Notes: generated by a model from the letters alone, not told the origin. A stretch of 64,000 bases of DNA from Thermoanaerobaculia bacterium (GCA_036009605.1 DASYLL010000012.1:4810-68809), one strand, 5' to 3'; shown: positions 36,485 to 45,730, counted from the first letter of the stretch. Translations and numbers: made by a program.

Positions 36485-36539
36485 CTCCTTTGCAACCGAC
36501 ATCCGGATTTCCGGACTGTATCGTCCGAAAGCAAAGGAG
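36485..36539 (+). promoter_or_regulatory. 5'-UTR hairpin pairing an anti-SD with the Shine-Dalgarno of the 36550 gene
   Basis: CTCCTTTGC (36485-93) is the perfect complement of GCAAAGGAG (36531-39), which contains the AAGGAGG SD 11 nt before the ATG. Inner hairpin tccgg/ccgga (36502-06/36511-15). Confidence 0.35.
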
Positions 36540-36549
36540 GTAGACCCTC

Positions 36550-37149
36550 ATGCCCGAATACATCCGGACCAAGCGCAAGTGCCAATTTGCGGAGCCAAAT
36601 CCGATCTGGTGCCCGCCGCTCAAGGACAATCTCGGAAAGTACAAGACGCCGGCTGGCTTCTACGAGTGGCACACGAGTATCTGGGAGTACCAGGTCGATC
36701 CGGCGAATTTCGGTCCCGACATCTTTCACCCGGGCTGTCTCCTGACGGATTCGTTCGCAACGATGTGCGGCCCGATTCACTCGTCGCTCTATTTTCAGCT
36801 GCTCTTCGGATTCTTCCCGCACCTCAGCGGAAAGCACATCACATACGCCGCCAACGACAACGAGATTCACATTACCTGGGCGTTCGTCACGACGAAAGGC
36901 CGGAAGGAGATTCTCGTACCGGCCAATGACGTCTTCGGGATGAAGGATGGACTGATCAACTATCGACTGGCGACCTTCGATGTCCCCACGGTCATCGGCG
37001 CGTTGCTCATCGCCTATGGCGGCACGGATCCTCTGTTCGAAGGAAACCTGGCGGAGACGATGTGGCGCTGGCACGTCGATGAGGACTTCGCGCGAGAGCA
37101 GCTCGCAGAAGTACAGGTGCGACGCGCAACGGGAACGCAAGAGACATAG
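36550..37149 (+). CDS. Hypothetical protein (199 aa), possibly NTF2-like fold
   Basis: Strong SD. No motif that I can name with confidence. Confidence 0.5.
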   Translation: MPEYIRTKRKCQFAEPNPIWCPPLKDNLGKYKTPAGFYEWHTSIWEYQVDPANFGPDIFHPGCLLTDSFATMCGPIHSSLYFQLLFGFFPHLSGKHITYAANDNEIHITWAFVTTKGRKEILVPANDVFGMKDGLINYRLATFDVPTVIGALLIAYGGTDPLFEGNLAETMWRWHVDEDFAREQLAEVQVRRATGTQET

Positions 37150-37188
37150 AGACAACGGACGCGGCTGTCACCGAGCCGCGTCCGGTCT

Positions 37189-37413
37189 TCAATCCTCGTC
37201 TTCCTCGTCCCCCTCGCGATACGCCAGCAAATCCCCCGGCTGACATCGCAGCGCAGAGCACAACTTCGCGAGCGTCGAAAACCTCACGCCCTTCACCTTG
37301 CCCGAGCGAAACAGCGAGAGGTGCGTTTCGCTCACGCCGATCATGGCAGCGAGCTCTTTCGCACGAAGTTTTCGCGCGGCGAGAATGCGGTCGATTGTGA
37401 TCTCGATCGGCAT
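37189..37413 (-). CDS. Small XRE-family HTH regulator (YozG-like)
   Basis: ORF 37189..37776, trimmed to MPIEITIDRILAARKLRAKELAAMIGVSETHLSLFRSGKVKGVRFSTLAKLCSALRCQPGDLL. The start lies 2 nt after the stop of the upstream membrane-protein gene. Confidence 0.85.
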   Translation of the reverse strand: MPIEITIDRILAARKLRAKELAAMIGVSETHLSLFRSGKVKGVRFSTLAKLCSALRCQPGDLLAYREGDEEDED

Positions 37414-37414
37414 G

Positions 37415-37918
37415 TCAGAAGATCTCGTCGAGCTCGGATTGAATCGTCGATGCGTGGCGCAGCACCGCGGCGATTGCTTTGAGCGCGAGGCCGATGGCAC
37501 CGAGGACCATGCCGGCTGCGTCGAAGGCGATCCAGTGACCGGCGTCGAATCCGAGGAGACGGCAGGCGCCCGGCACGATGAAGACTCGCGCCACGGAGCC
37601 GCAGACGAGAACGATGCCGACGCGGTCGAGCATGCGTGTGATGTGTCCCGCGAACAGCTCGCCGCGCGAGAACGCGGATAGCGCCTCGCGCACCCACCAC
37701 AGTCCCAGAACGAACAACAACTCGGGGAACGCGGCAACGGCCTGACATGCCAGATAGCGCCATGCGTCCGCGGCAAATCCGCTCTTCATGAGCTGGATCG
37801 TCGCGTTGCTGAATCGCTCCAGGATCACCATCGCCAATGAGACGATCCAGAGGACCGTCACGAAGCGTCGCATGCGCGCGCTGTGCTGCTGCAGAGATGC
37901 CGTCGGATCACTCGTCAC
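37415..37918 (-). CDS. DUF2975-like membrane protein (usual partner of YozG-type HTH)
   Basis: 4 predicted TM segments. The gene order membrane protein then small XRE HTH is the classic DUF2975/YozG pair. GTG start at 37918, or ATG at 37873. Confidence 0.65.
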   Translation of the reverse strand: MTSDPTASLQQHSARMRRFVTVLWIVSLAMVILERFSNATIQLMKSGFAADAWRYLACQAVAAFPELLFVLGLWWVREALSAFSRGELFAGHITRMLDRVGIVLVCGSVARVFIVPGACRLLGFDAGHWIAFDAAGMVLGAIGLALKAIAAVLRHASTIQSELDEIF

Positions 37919-37938
37919 ACGTGCCTCACAATTTCGCG

Positions 37939-37981
37939 TTGACCACTTTGCAACGCCATGTTAGTTTAAGTCTTACTTAAA
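37939..37981 (+). promoter_or_regulatory. Sigma-70-like promoter candidate overlapped by a perfect palindrome
   Basis: TTGACC (37939-44), 17 nt, TAGTTT (37962-67). Palindrome TTTAAGT-ctt-ACTTAAA at 37965-37981, upstream of the ABC ATPase gene. Confidence 0.3.
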
Positions 37982-38005
37982 TTTCAAGGACAACGCAAAA
38001 CGGAC

Positions 38006-38908
38006 ATGTACTGCCTCGAAACCACCGACCTCTCCCACCGCTTCGCCGACCACGACGTGCTCTCCGGTGTCAGCATCCAGGTCCCCACCGGCAGCATTTA
38101 CGGCTTCCTTGGCCCCAACGGCGCCGGCAAGACGACCACTCTCCGACTGATTCTCGGCCTGCTGCGAATGCAGCACGGCGAGATCCGCATCTTCGGCAGG
38201 CAGTTCGACCGCGAGCGCATCGCCATCCTGCGCAACATCGGCTCGATGATCGAGAGCCCTTCTCTCTATGACCACCTGACCGCATTCGAGAATCTCAAGC
38301 TCCTGCAACTGATCCATCGCTGCCCGGAAAGCCGCATTCACGAAGTTCTCGAGCTCGTCGGCCTGTCCTACACCGGAAACAAGCGCGCAAAACAATTCTC
38401 CCTCGGCATGCGCCAACGTCTCGCCATCGCCGCGACGCTCCTGCATCGCCCGACGCTGATCATTTTGGACGAGCCGACCAACGGACTCGATCCGCACGGG
38501 ATCATCGAGATCCGCAATCTCCTGATGGAGCTCAATCAACGACACGGCGTGACAATTCTCGTTTCCAGTCACCTGCTCCCCGAGATCGAGCGAATCGCGA
38601 CGCACGTCGGGATTCTCGGCAAGGGCAAGCTCCTGTTTCAGGGAACGATCGAGGAGCTTCGGCAGCGCCGGCAGGAAGTGTTGTCGATCCGAATCTCGAC
38701 CAGCGACAACGACTCAGCATTGCGTGCAATCGCGCAGGACGGAATCGAAGCGCAGCTCGTCGATGACGAGATTGTGCTTCCCGCTCTTGCAAGCAACCGA
38801 ATCGCGGCAATCAACCGCAAATTGATCATGCACGATCTCGATGTCTACGAAATCCGCAGCGTGCACAACGATCTCGAAACCATCTTCCTGAATCTCGTGA
38901 AGGAATAG
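38006..38908 (+). CDS. ABC transporter ATP-binding protein (ABC-2/bacitracin-lantibiotic export type)
   Basis: Walker A GPNGAGKTT, signature FSLGMRQRL, Walker B LIILDEPTNGLD, H-loop SSHLL. Confidence 0.9.
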   Translation: MYCLETTDLSHRFADHDVLSGVSIQVPTGSIYGFLGPNGAGKTTTLRLILGLLRMQHGEIRIFGRQFDRERIAILRNIGSMIESPSLYDHLTAFENLKLLQLIHRCPESRIHEVLELVGLSYTGNKRAKQFSLGMRQRLAIAATLLHRPTLIILDEPTNGLDPHGIIEIRNLLMELNQRHGVTILVSSHLLPEIERIATHVGILGKGKLLFQGTIEELRQRRQEVLSIRISTSDNDSALRAIAQDGIEAQLVDDEIVLPALASNRIAAINRKLIMHDLDVYEIRSVHNDLETIFLNLVKE

Positions 38909-38914
38909 CCGCCG

Positions 38915-39697
38915 ATGCACGCATTCATCCTCGCCTTTCACAGTGAGTGGCTGAAACGGAAGCGCAGCTTCGCATCCACTCTCGTCATTGCGGGCGCGCT
39001 GTTCACGCCGGCGATCGTCATGGCCGTCCGCCTGCTCTATTACAAGAAACTGCCGGGCATTTACGCAGCCGATGCGTTCTGGAAGAATCACTGGCAGAAC
39101 ACGTGGGAATCGATGGCCGTCTTCTTTCTGCCGATGGGAGCGATGCTGGCGACGAGCATGATTCTGCAGATCGAGTTCAAGAGCAACGCGTGGAAACAGC
39201 TCCATACGCTTCCGATGAGCACAGCCGTGATCTTTCTGTCGAAACTCGCGGTGATTCTGGTGATGCTGGTCGAGTTCCTGATCCTCTTCAATATCGGGAT
39301 CTACCTCTCAGGAATGATCCCCGCGTTCATCGTTCCCGGCGTACCGCATCCGAAGGGCAGCTTTCTCGACCTGCCGCTGCTGCGCGAGAATGCGCTCTAC
39401 TTCATCGCTGCCCTGCCGATCGTCGGCGCGCAATACCTCATGGCTTTGCGCTCCAATAATGTACTGCTCCCGATCGGGATCGGTTTCATGGCCTGGGTGT
39501 GCGCGCTGGCCGCCGTTCAGTCGCGTTTCGCGATCTGGTGGCCGTATGACTACACGATCATTCACTACGTGCGCGATCACCCGAAAGGGGCTCATTTCGC
39601 GTCGTACACGCAATTGCACTGGATGGCGTTCGTCTCGTTTCTGCTTCTGACGGCGATCAGCTACGGTCTGTTCGTCACGAAACGCGAGCGAGGATGA
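38915..39697 (+). CDS. ABC-2-type transporter permease
   Basis: 6 TM segments. Immediately follows the ATPase (6-nt gap). Confidence 0.75.
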   Translation: MHAFILAFHSEWLKRKRSFASTLVIAGALFTPAIVMAVRLLYYKKLPGIYAADAFWKNHWQNTWESMAVFFLPMGAMLATSMILQIEFKSNAWKQLHTLPMSTAVIFLSKLAVILVMLVEFLILFNIGIYLSGMIPAFIVPGVPHPKGSFLDLPLLRENALYFIAALPIVGAQYLMALRSNNVLLPIGIGFMAWVCALAAVQSRFAIWWPYDYTIIHYVRDHPKGAHFASYTQLHWMAFVSFLLLTAISYGLFVTKRERG

Positions 39698-39761
39698 AAG
39701 CGCACCAGGACTCGTGCCCGCCGAACGGCGCGGAGCGGACGCCTGCGCTATCCTTCGGATC

Positions 39762-40196
39762 ATGACCAATTCATCAGCTCCCTCCGAAGAGTCCACGCCC
39801 GGCTCTGCAGCGCTCAACGGCCTTGAACTATCGGCCGCGCTGACCGTCGCCGATCTCGAAAAAAGTGTCGCGTGGTATCAGGACGTCGTTGGCTTCGCGA
39901 TTGACCAGAAGCACGAACGCGGTGGAAAACTGGTCGCGGTGTCCCTCCGCTCAGGCCAGATACGGATTCTGCTCGGTCAGGACGACGGTGCCAGGGGTCT
40001 CGATCGCGTGAAGGGCGAAGGGTTCTCGCTCCAGATCACGACGGATCAGAACGTGGACGAGATCGCAAAGCGCATCGAAGACCACGGAGTGTCTCTGGAC
40101 TTGCAACCTACCGACACGCCATGGGGGCGCGTGTTCCGGTTTCGCGATCCGGATGGATTCCGATTCGCTATTTCATCCCTGAAAAAGGTGGCGTAG
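39762..40196 (+). CDS. VOC (glyoxalase/bleomycin-resistance) family protein
   Basis: ORF 39714 (GTG).., trimmed to ATG at 39762. TVADLEKSVAWYQDVVGF ... WGRVFRFRDPDGFRFAI. Confidence 0.8.
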   Translation: MTNSSAPSEESTPGSAALNGLELSAALTVADLEKSVAWYQDVVGFAIDQKHERGGKLVAVSLRSGQIRILLGQDDGARGLDRVKGEGFSLQITTDQNVDEIAKRIEDHGVSLDLQPTDTPWGRVFRFRDPDGFRFAISSLKKVA

Positions 40197-40207
40197 TCGC
40201 GTCGTGC

Positions 40208-41476
40208 TTACTCTTTGCGTTCGAGATTGCCGAGGCGCGTTTCCAGATTCTCGATCGTCCGCTGCTGCTCCTGAATCACTTTCGTGAGCACGGCAACGAC
40301 GTCCATCGACGAGAGCCCCTTCCGATCGTTCGTTGCGACGAGATCCGGCACGTCTTCAGCGATGAAGCCGATGTGCGTCTCGCCGGGATTCGCTTTGTAC
40401 GCGAAGCTCACCGGCTCCAGCGCTTTCAACGCATCAAGTGCGGCGTTGCCGTCGAGTTGATGAATGTCCCGCTTCACGTCGCGGCTGGAGGCATTGACCC
40501 AGTTGCCGGCGTCGAGACGCGCGCCGCTGCTGTGGTGAATCTGGAACGTCGGCACCGCGACGCCGAGGCCGACGCGGCCGGTGGAGTCGACAACGAGCGA
40601 GTTGCCGGGCGCGGCGGAACGGACGATGAACGGATTCGACTCGTGATTGACGTCGCGCACAAAGAAATTCGCGTCGTTCGCCACGATGTCCCACGCCTGG
40701 AACGGTGATGCGCTCTGCTCCATACGGATGATCGGAGAGACGGGCACGCTGATGGTCAGGTCTCGCGCGGGCGTCGACGTGCGGAGACCGATGCGACCGG
40801 TGCTGTCGAGATAGAGCGCGTTGTTCGGCGTGGCGCCTTCGATCAGCAGCGGTACGGTTGCAGCGGTGAGATCTTCGACGAAGAACTTGTTCGCACCGCC
40901 GCTATTGATGTCGTTCGCGCTCAATTGCCAGTCGGTCGTCGCGAAGCCGACGGCGGCCGAGGTGTCTTCGAACTTGAGACGCGTGTTGTTCTCTTTCAGC
41001 TTGGCTGAGGCGAGCCCATAGGACTCGGCGTTGGTGCAATCGGCACCGGCGCAGACGCCGCCCTGCGCGGAGACATCGTCCGAGAAGAACGTTTCCACGG
41101 CCGGCCGCAGATGCCGCGGCGACGCAGTCGCGCGCTCGACCCCGTCCGGTGAAACGATCGTTCCGTTGGCAATCGTGAACGAGCCGGACTGCACATCCGC
41201 GTTTGCAGTGCGCAATTCGTACGAGTACACGCCGTCAGCGAGCTTGTCGACCCGCAGCATCGGATTGCGGCCGGCAGCGAACGTATCGGTGATCACCTCG
41301 CCGTCGGGTCGTTGTACGGAGAGAACTGTGGCCGATGGATCGATCGCTGACTGCCATTCGATCGTTCTGTCGGTCGTGACGAGCCGTGCGGCTCGCTGTT
41401 CAACATCGGCCGCGAACGCAACGACAGGAAGGAGTGCTACGAGAAAAGAGAATGAGAACCGGGCTTTCGAACGCAT
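40208..41476 (-). CDS. Secreted 'tail-fibre' domain protein with C-terminal peptidase-S74 intramolecular-chaperone domain
   Basis: Signal MRSKARFSFSFLVALLPVVAFA. C-terminus SSRDVKRDI...LDALKALEPVSFAYK...HIGFIAEDVPDLV...MDVVAVLTKVIQEQQRTIENLE is typical of the endosialidase chaperone domain. Confidence 0.75.
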   Translation of the reverse strand: MRSKARFSFSFLVALLPVVAFAADVEQRAARLVTTDRTIEWQSAIDPSATVLSVQRPDGEVITDTFAAGRNPMLRVDKLADGVYSYELRTANADVQSGSFTIANGTIVSPDGVERATASPRHLRPAVETFFSDDVSAQGGVCAGADCTNAESYGLASAKLKENNTRLKFEDTSAAVGFATTDWQLSANDINSGGANKFFVEDLTAATVPLLIEGATPNNALYLDSTGRIGLRTSTPARDLTISVPVSPIIRMEQSASPFQAWDIVANDANFFVRDVNHESNPFIVRSAAPGNSLVVDSTGRVGLGVAVPTFQIHHSSGARLDAGNWVNASSRDVKRDIHQLDGNAALDALKALEPVSFAYKANPGETHIGFIAEDVPDLVATNDRKGLSSMDVVAVLTKVIQEQQRTIENLETRLGNLERKE

Positions 41477-41577
41477 GCTGCCTCCTGAAGATCGAGAAAC
41501 GGAGACGTTTGTCGCAGGAGGGAAGTATAGAGATGCGCCGATCGGGCAAGCGTGCGCTGCGTCACCAGGGCGCGCAC

Positions 41578-41601
41578 GTGGTGGCGGTTTCCCGCCACCA
41601 C
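41578..41601 (-). terminator. Terminator-like GC hairpin after the beta-propeller gene (no U-tract)
   Basis: gtggtggcgg-tttc-ccgccaccac, 15 nt beyond the stop at 41616. Confidence 0.3.
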
Positions 41602-41615
41602 CTCAAAGCTCTCGT

Positions 41616-42419
41616 TTATCGCGTCATGTACAGCGTGCCCGATTCGACGGTGTAGAGCTTTCCATCGAATGCGATCAGCAGTTCCGTGCCGGCGTACTCG
41701 CCGCGCTGACCGACCTGCGTGTAATTGCCGTTCTCGTCGATCTTGTAGAGCGTGCCGTTGCTCTGAATGCTCCAGAGCACGCCTTGCGAAGCGGCCAGTC
41801 CGACCGAATTTCTCCAGATGCCGCTCTTTCCGACCTGCCGCCATCTTCCGCGCGCGGGATCGGTCGAATAGAGCGTGCCGGCCTCGATGGTCCACAACTG
41901 CCCTCTCATCGCGGCGAGCTGACTGGCGTTCGCGAAAACGCCCTGCGGCCCGACCTGCTCGTAGCGGCCGTTCTTGTCGGTCTTGTAGAGCGTACCGTCG
42001 CTCTCCAGGCTCCAGAGGTAGCCGGCAGTTCCGACCAGCGCAACGACGTTGGCCCAATCGCCTTTCTTGCCGAGCTGCTGCCAGCGCTTCGCGCGCGGAT
42101 CGGTTCGATACAACGTCCCGTTCTCGATCGTATAGAGGCTTCCGTCCAGCGCTTCCAGCAAAGAAGCGTCGCTGAACGATCCGGCCGGTCCGATCTGCTC
42201 GTATTCGCCGCGGCGATTCGTGCGGAACAGTGACCCGTCTGCTTCGATGCTCCACAGTGAACCGTCCATGCCGGTCATGGCCACGGTTCCTTCCCAATCG
42301 CCCTCGTCGCCGAGCTGTGTCCAGTTCGCGGGAGCCCGCTGCGCGAACACAGTCGGCGCAAGGACGGCCGTCAATAGACAGACCGCTGCAATGCGCATCA
42401 CGCTGATGTGAAATGACAT
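41616..42419 (-). CDS. Secreted repeat protein, probable beta-propeller (lectin-like)
   Basis: ORF 41616..42683, trimmed to MSFHISVMRIAAVCLLTAVLAPTVFA. About five ~47-aa repeats of G.LW(S/T)IE.(D/N)G(T/S)LY(K/R)TD...G.Y.QVG..G. Confidence 0.65.
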   Translation of the reverse strand: MSFHISVMRIAAVCLLTAVLAPTVFAQRAPANWTQLGDEGDWEGTVAMTGMDGSLWSIEADGSLFRTNRRGEYEQIGPAGSFSDASLLEALDGSLYTIENGTLYRTDPRAKRWQQLGKKGDWANVVALVGTAGYLWSLESDGTLYKTDKNGRYEQVGPQGVFANASQLAAMRGQLWTIEAGTLYSTDPARGRWRQVGKSGIWRNSVGLAASQGVLWSIQSNGTLYKIDENGNYTQVGQRGEYAGTELLIAFDGKLYTVESGTLYMTR

Positions 42420-42479
42420 GGTTTCCTCTCTTATGTGGGGGGGACGCCCTGGCGCGGGGTGCGCAGGCGTACGCGGTTG

Positions 42480-42509
42480 GAAGCTGCCCGGACGGATCCG
42501 GGCAGCTTC
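42480..42509 (-). terminator. Terminator-like 12-bp GC hairpin after the small secreted-protein gene
   Basis: gaagctgcccgg-acggat-ccgggcagcttc, 14 nt beyond the stop at 42523. No clear U-tract. Confidence 0.4.
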
Positions 42510-42522
42510 ACCTCGCGAGTGT

Positions 42523-42846
42523 TTACTCGAACTCGATGTGGACTTCGTCTTCGCAGAAGTCGAACTGCTGCGGCTCGGACTCCTCGTTGTTCGAGAATAC
42601 GGCCTTGAAGTACTGCTGGCAGCTCTCGCCGTTGGTCGACGAATCCCAAACGAGCGTGATGGTCTTGCCCGGGTTGATGCCATTGCCGATGTCGAAGAAT
42701 CCGAACTCCTCGCCGTCTTCGGAGACGAGGATCTTCGAGATCTTCGTGTCGGTGTTGTTCGTGACTTTGAACGAATACTCGTCGGCGAATGCGGAAACGC
42801 TCATGAGAAGGACGGCGGCGGCGATGACGAAATGTTTCAATTTCAT
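42523..42846 (-). CDS. Small secreted acidic protein (107 aa)
   Basis: ORF 42523..42909, trimmed to MKLKHFVIAAAVLLMSVSAFA|DE. Confidence 0.55.
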   Translation of the reverse strand: MKLKHFVIAAAVLLMSVSAFADEYSFKVTNNTDTKISKILVSEDGEEFGFFDIGNGINPGKTITLVWDSSTNGESCQQYFKAVFSNNEESEPQQFDFCEDEVHIEFE

Positions 42847-42932
42847 TGGACTTCCCCTTTTCAAAAAAATGATTCGCGCGGTTTCCCCGTCGCGAGTGCT
42901 CCACGGCAACCCGTGGCAACCATCAATACGAT

Positions 42933-44825
42933 TCAGTTCTCCGCTACGACGATGACCCGGTCATCCGTACTAAACGTGACACTCGCAGCCTTCGGAGGAT
43001 TCACATGGACTCCATCGCCGCTGCCTCCGGCCAGTCGATATCCGATGGCCACTTCTCCGCGGCGGCGCGCGCATTCGACGACGTGCCAGTAGCTCATCGG
43101 CTTTCCGAGAGCGACATAGTCGGACGCGGGACGCAGGTAAATCTCCGATCCGTCGGAGTCGAAGATGTCGTCAAACACCGCGCGGAGATCGCGATTCTCC
43201 GTGACCTGTGCGACCAGGAGACTGGTGAGATTTTCGCTGACGATGAAGTCGTCGGCCTGCGTGATCTCGGCCAGCTCGCGGTTGCGAACGTCGAGCATCT
43301 CGCTGACGATCGAGTAGCGGTTCGTGCCGCTCTTCGCCTCGATGTCGCGCAGATGCAGCAGCGTGACGAGCGTCTTCGCGTCGGCCTTCTGCACCGGCAG
43401 GTCGTCGGCATAGCAGAGGACGATGATGTGCTCGTACTGTTCGGGATCGACGCTCTCGAGCGTGGCGCGATCGCTGGAGTTGCCGCGACGAAAATCGAGC
43501 TCCTGCCGCACGAGAAGAGGCCGAAGCGCCTCGATGTCGTCGGCAATGCTCGGACTGTCGGCAACGACCGTCATCACCGAACCGGGAGCAACATAGTTGT
43601 CGAGCTCGCGAATGATGATCGGCGCGCGGGCGCTCCATCCGAGGAGCAGCGTCTTCTCCGGAGTGGCAACCGATGTCGGCCTCTCCACGAGCAGCGACGC
43701 GTCCATCGTCGGCGTGTGCCTGCCGATCCGCACGGCCGCCATGTCGGCAGCGATGACGATCGCTTCGTCACCCGCGACAAAAGCGCGATCCATCGGAGGA
43801 TTCAGCTGCACGATTCCGTCAGCGGTCTTCACGCCAAGGAGAGACGACGTGTCGAACGCGAAGAGTGCGTCCTTGAACGACACTCCGTCCAGTGCCGCGT
43901 CGCGCTTGAAGTAGATCTCGTCTCCGCCGAAGTCGAGCAGTTCCGTGTACACACCGGAGAGGCCGGTCTGCCGGCATGTCTGCGCGATGACGCGCGCAAT
44001 GGTCTCGCCGGTCTCGATGAGCTGCGCTTCGTCGCGTCCGACCAGGCGGGCCGGCTCCATGTTCCTGCGCTCTTTGATCTCGGCAACGATGTGGAACTTC
44101 TCCGCTCGCCGATCGGGATGATTCGTCACCGCCAGAATCGACTTGATCACCTCAGCATCCGGATCATCCCCCTCGGGTGAGAGAACCACGATCGCGCGAG
44201 CAGCGTTGAAATTCACGAGCCGCAGATCGCCGAGGTCGATGGGATTGCCGCGACGGCAGACGACGGTGGTCGTCTTCGCATCGTCGATGCGCTCGCGCAC
44301 TTCATCGTCCATCGCGACCTTGTCGCGATCGGCCATGATCACGATGACGTTGCGCTTGCGGTGCTCGTTGCCAAGGATGAGCTCCCCCATGATGGAGAAG
44401 ATGCGATCGTTCCAGCCGAGGATCACGATGTGGTTGGTCTCGGCGACGAGCGAGCGGCCTTTGCGGAGCTCTTCGATCTGATTGCCGACACCGTTGGAGA
44501 TGAGACCGATGAGCGTGCCGACGATGAAGACACCGCCCAGCGTGACCAGGAGCATCATCACCAGATAGGACACGGGTCCGCTGTCGCCGCCCATCGTTCC
44601 GGCGTCGAGCGTGCGCATCAGGTTGTGCCACATCAGCGCAGGGAACGACAGCGCTGCCCCATCCTCGGCCGGCGGAGCTGCGCCGAGGAGCGTGAGCAGG
44701 ATCGTTGCGACCGCGAGAAATGCAACGGTGACGATCGCGAGCCACGCGATCAGGGCAGGCGTTCCGCGAGAGAGCGTATTGTCAAACGCATAGCGCAGAC
44801 GCTGCCGGAGCGTAAAAGTTTTCAT
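42933..44825 (-). CDS. CASTOR/POLLUX-related putative ion channel with two RCK/TrkA-like domains
   Basis: ORF 42933..44966, trimmed to MKTFTLRQRLRYAFDNTLSRG (GAGGAG SD). LDAGTMGGDSG...VTLGGVFIVGTLIGLI pore-like region. IVILGWNDR and LLLGWSARAP RCK starts. Confidence 0.75.
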   Translation of the reverse strand: MKTFTLRQRLRYAFDNTLSRGTPALIAWLAIVTVAFLAVATILLTLLGAAPPAEDGAALSFPALMWHNLMRTLDAGTMGGDSGPVSYLVMMLLVTLGGVFIVGTLIGLISNGVGNQIEELRKGRSLVAETNHIVILGWNDRIFSIMGELILGNEHRKRNVIVIMADRDKVAMDDEVRERIDDAKTTTVVCRRGNPIDLGDLRLVNFNAARAIVVLSPEGDDPDAEVIKSILAVTNHPDRRAEKFHIVAEIKERRNMEPARLVGRDEAQLIETGETIARVIAQTCRQTGLSGVYTELLDFGGDEIYFKRDAALDGVSFKDALFAFDTSSLLGVKTADGIVQLNPPMDRAFVAGDEAIVIAADMAAVRIGRHTPTMDASLLVERPTSVATPEKTLLLGWSARAPIIIRELDNYVAPGSVMTVVADSPSIADDIEALRPLLVRQELDFRRGNSSDRATLESVDPEQYEHIIVLCYADDLPVQKADAKTLVTLLHLRDIEAKSGTNRYSIVSEMLDVRNRELAEITQADDFIVSENLTSLLVAQVTENRDLRAVFDDIFDSDGSEIYLRPASDYVALGKPMSYWHVVECARRRGEVAIGYRLAGGSGDGVHVNPPKAASVTFSTDDRVIVVAEN

Positions 44826-45031
44826 GAACTCCTCTTGAAATGGTCCCGACCCGGTATATGGACGGGTTGGACGGTAGCAGAGACTAGCGCTCACGTCTCG
44901 TGAAACGTGCGTCAGCCGAACGTAAAGATGCGCTGCGAACCGGCATTCGGGGCAAACCTGCGACAAGACCTACGGGTACGCCGTGCTACCCTGCCGCGCC
45001 CTCGGGGTCCTGCCTCATGAAGGAGAGTCTG

Positions 45032-45730
45032 ATGCGTATCGCTGCTGCGTTGTTTCTGATGCTGATTCCGGTGTTCGCGCGTGCGCAGGAAGAGTCGATC
45101 GTCGCCGATCGCCCCGGTCTCGCCGACGGTTCGACAACGGTCCCGCAGGGAGTCGCGCAGCTGGAAACCGGCGTGACTACCGAAGAGGGAGATAACTTCG
45201 CGCTCCCCACCCTCGTGCGATATGGAATCACGAATCGTTTCGAGCTGCGCATCGCCAGCGACGTCCTCGGATGGAACTCGGACGACAGCGACATCGCTCC
45301 GATCTCCGCCGGATTCAAACTGCGCCTTCGCGAAGGCGCGATTCCGCTCTCGCTCATCGCAAGCGTGCAACCGCCGTCCGGCGGAGGGAGCCTTCGATCG
45401 GATGCATTCGAAACCGAGGCACGTCTCGTGAGCGACATCGCAATCGCGGAAGGGCTGTCGCTGACACCGAACGTCGGAATCGCATTCGCCGAGGGCGATG
45501 ACGCGGTTGGGATCTTCGCGATGACGCTCGAACGGGAGATGGGACGTGCATTGCCGTTTGTCGATTTCGAGACGAGCTTTGGCAGTGGCGACACGTCGTT
45601 GATCGCCGACGCAGGAGTGGCGTGGGTGGTTCGCCCGAATACGCAGCTGGATATTTCGGCGGGCGTGAATGTCGTTGGCGATGCGTATCCGGACTGGTTC
45701 ATCGCGGCTGGGTATAGTCGGCGGTTTTAA
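45032..45730 (+). CDS. Outer-membrane beta-barrel protein (MetA-pathway/transporter-like family)
   Basis: ORF 44900.., trimmed to ATG at 45032 with AAGGAG SD. Signal MRIAAALFLMLIPVFARA|QE. ADRPGLADGSTTVPQGVAQLETG start typical of the family. C-terminal aromatic residue (RRF). Confidence 0.7.
   Translation: MRIAAALFLMLIPVFARAQEESIVADRPGLADGSTTVPQGVAQLETGVTTEEGDNFALPTLVRYGITNRFELRIASDVLGWNSDDSDIAPISAGFKLRLREGAIPLSLIASVQPPSGGGSLRSDAFETEARLVSDIAIAEGLSLTPNVGIAFAEGDDAVGIFAMTLEREMGRALPFVDFETSFGSGDTSLIADAGVAWVVRPNTQLDISAGVNVVGDAYPDWFIAAGYSRRF

Noticed and set aside
41031-42297. Plus-strand 400-aa ORF 41031..42233 and minus-strand ORF 41437..42297
   Set aside because: They overlap the S74 tail-fibre and beta-propeller genes in other frames or on the other strand. 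The propeller frame shows clean ~47-aa repeats and a signal peptide; these ORFs do not.
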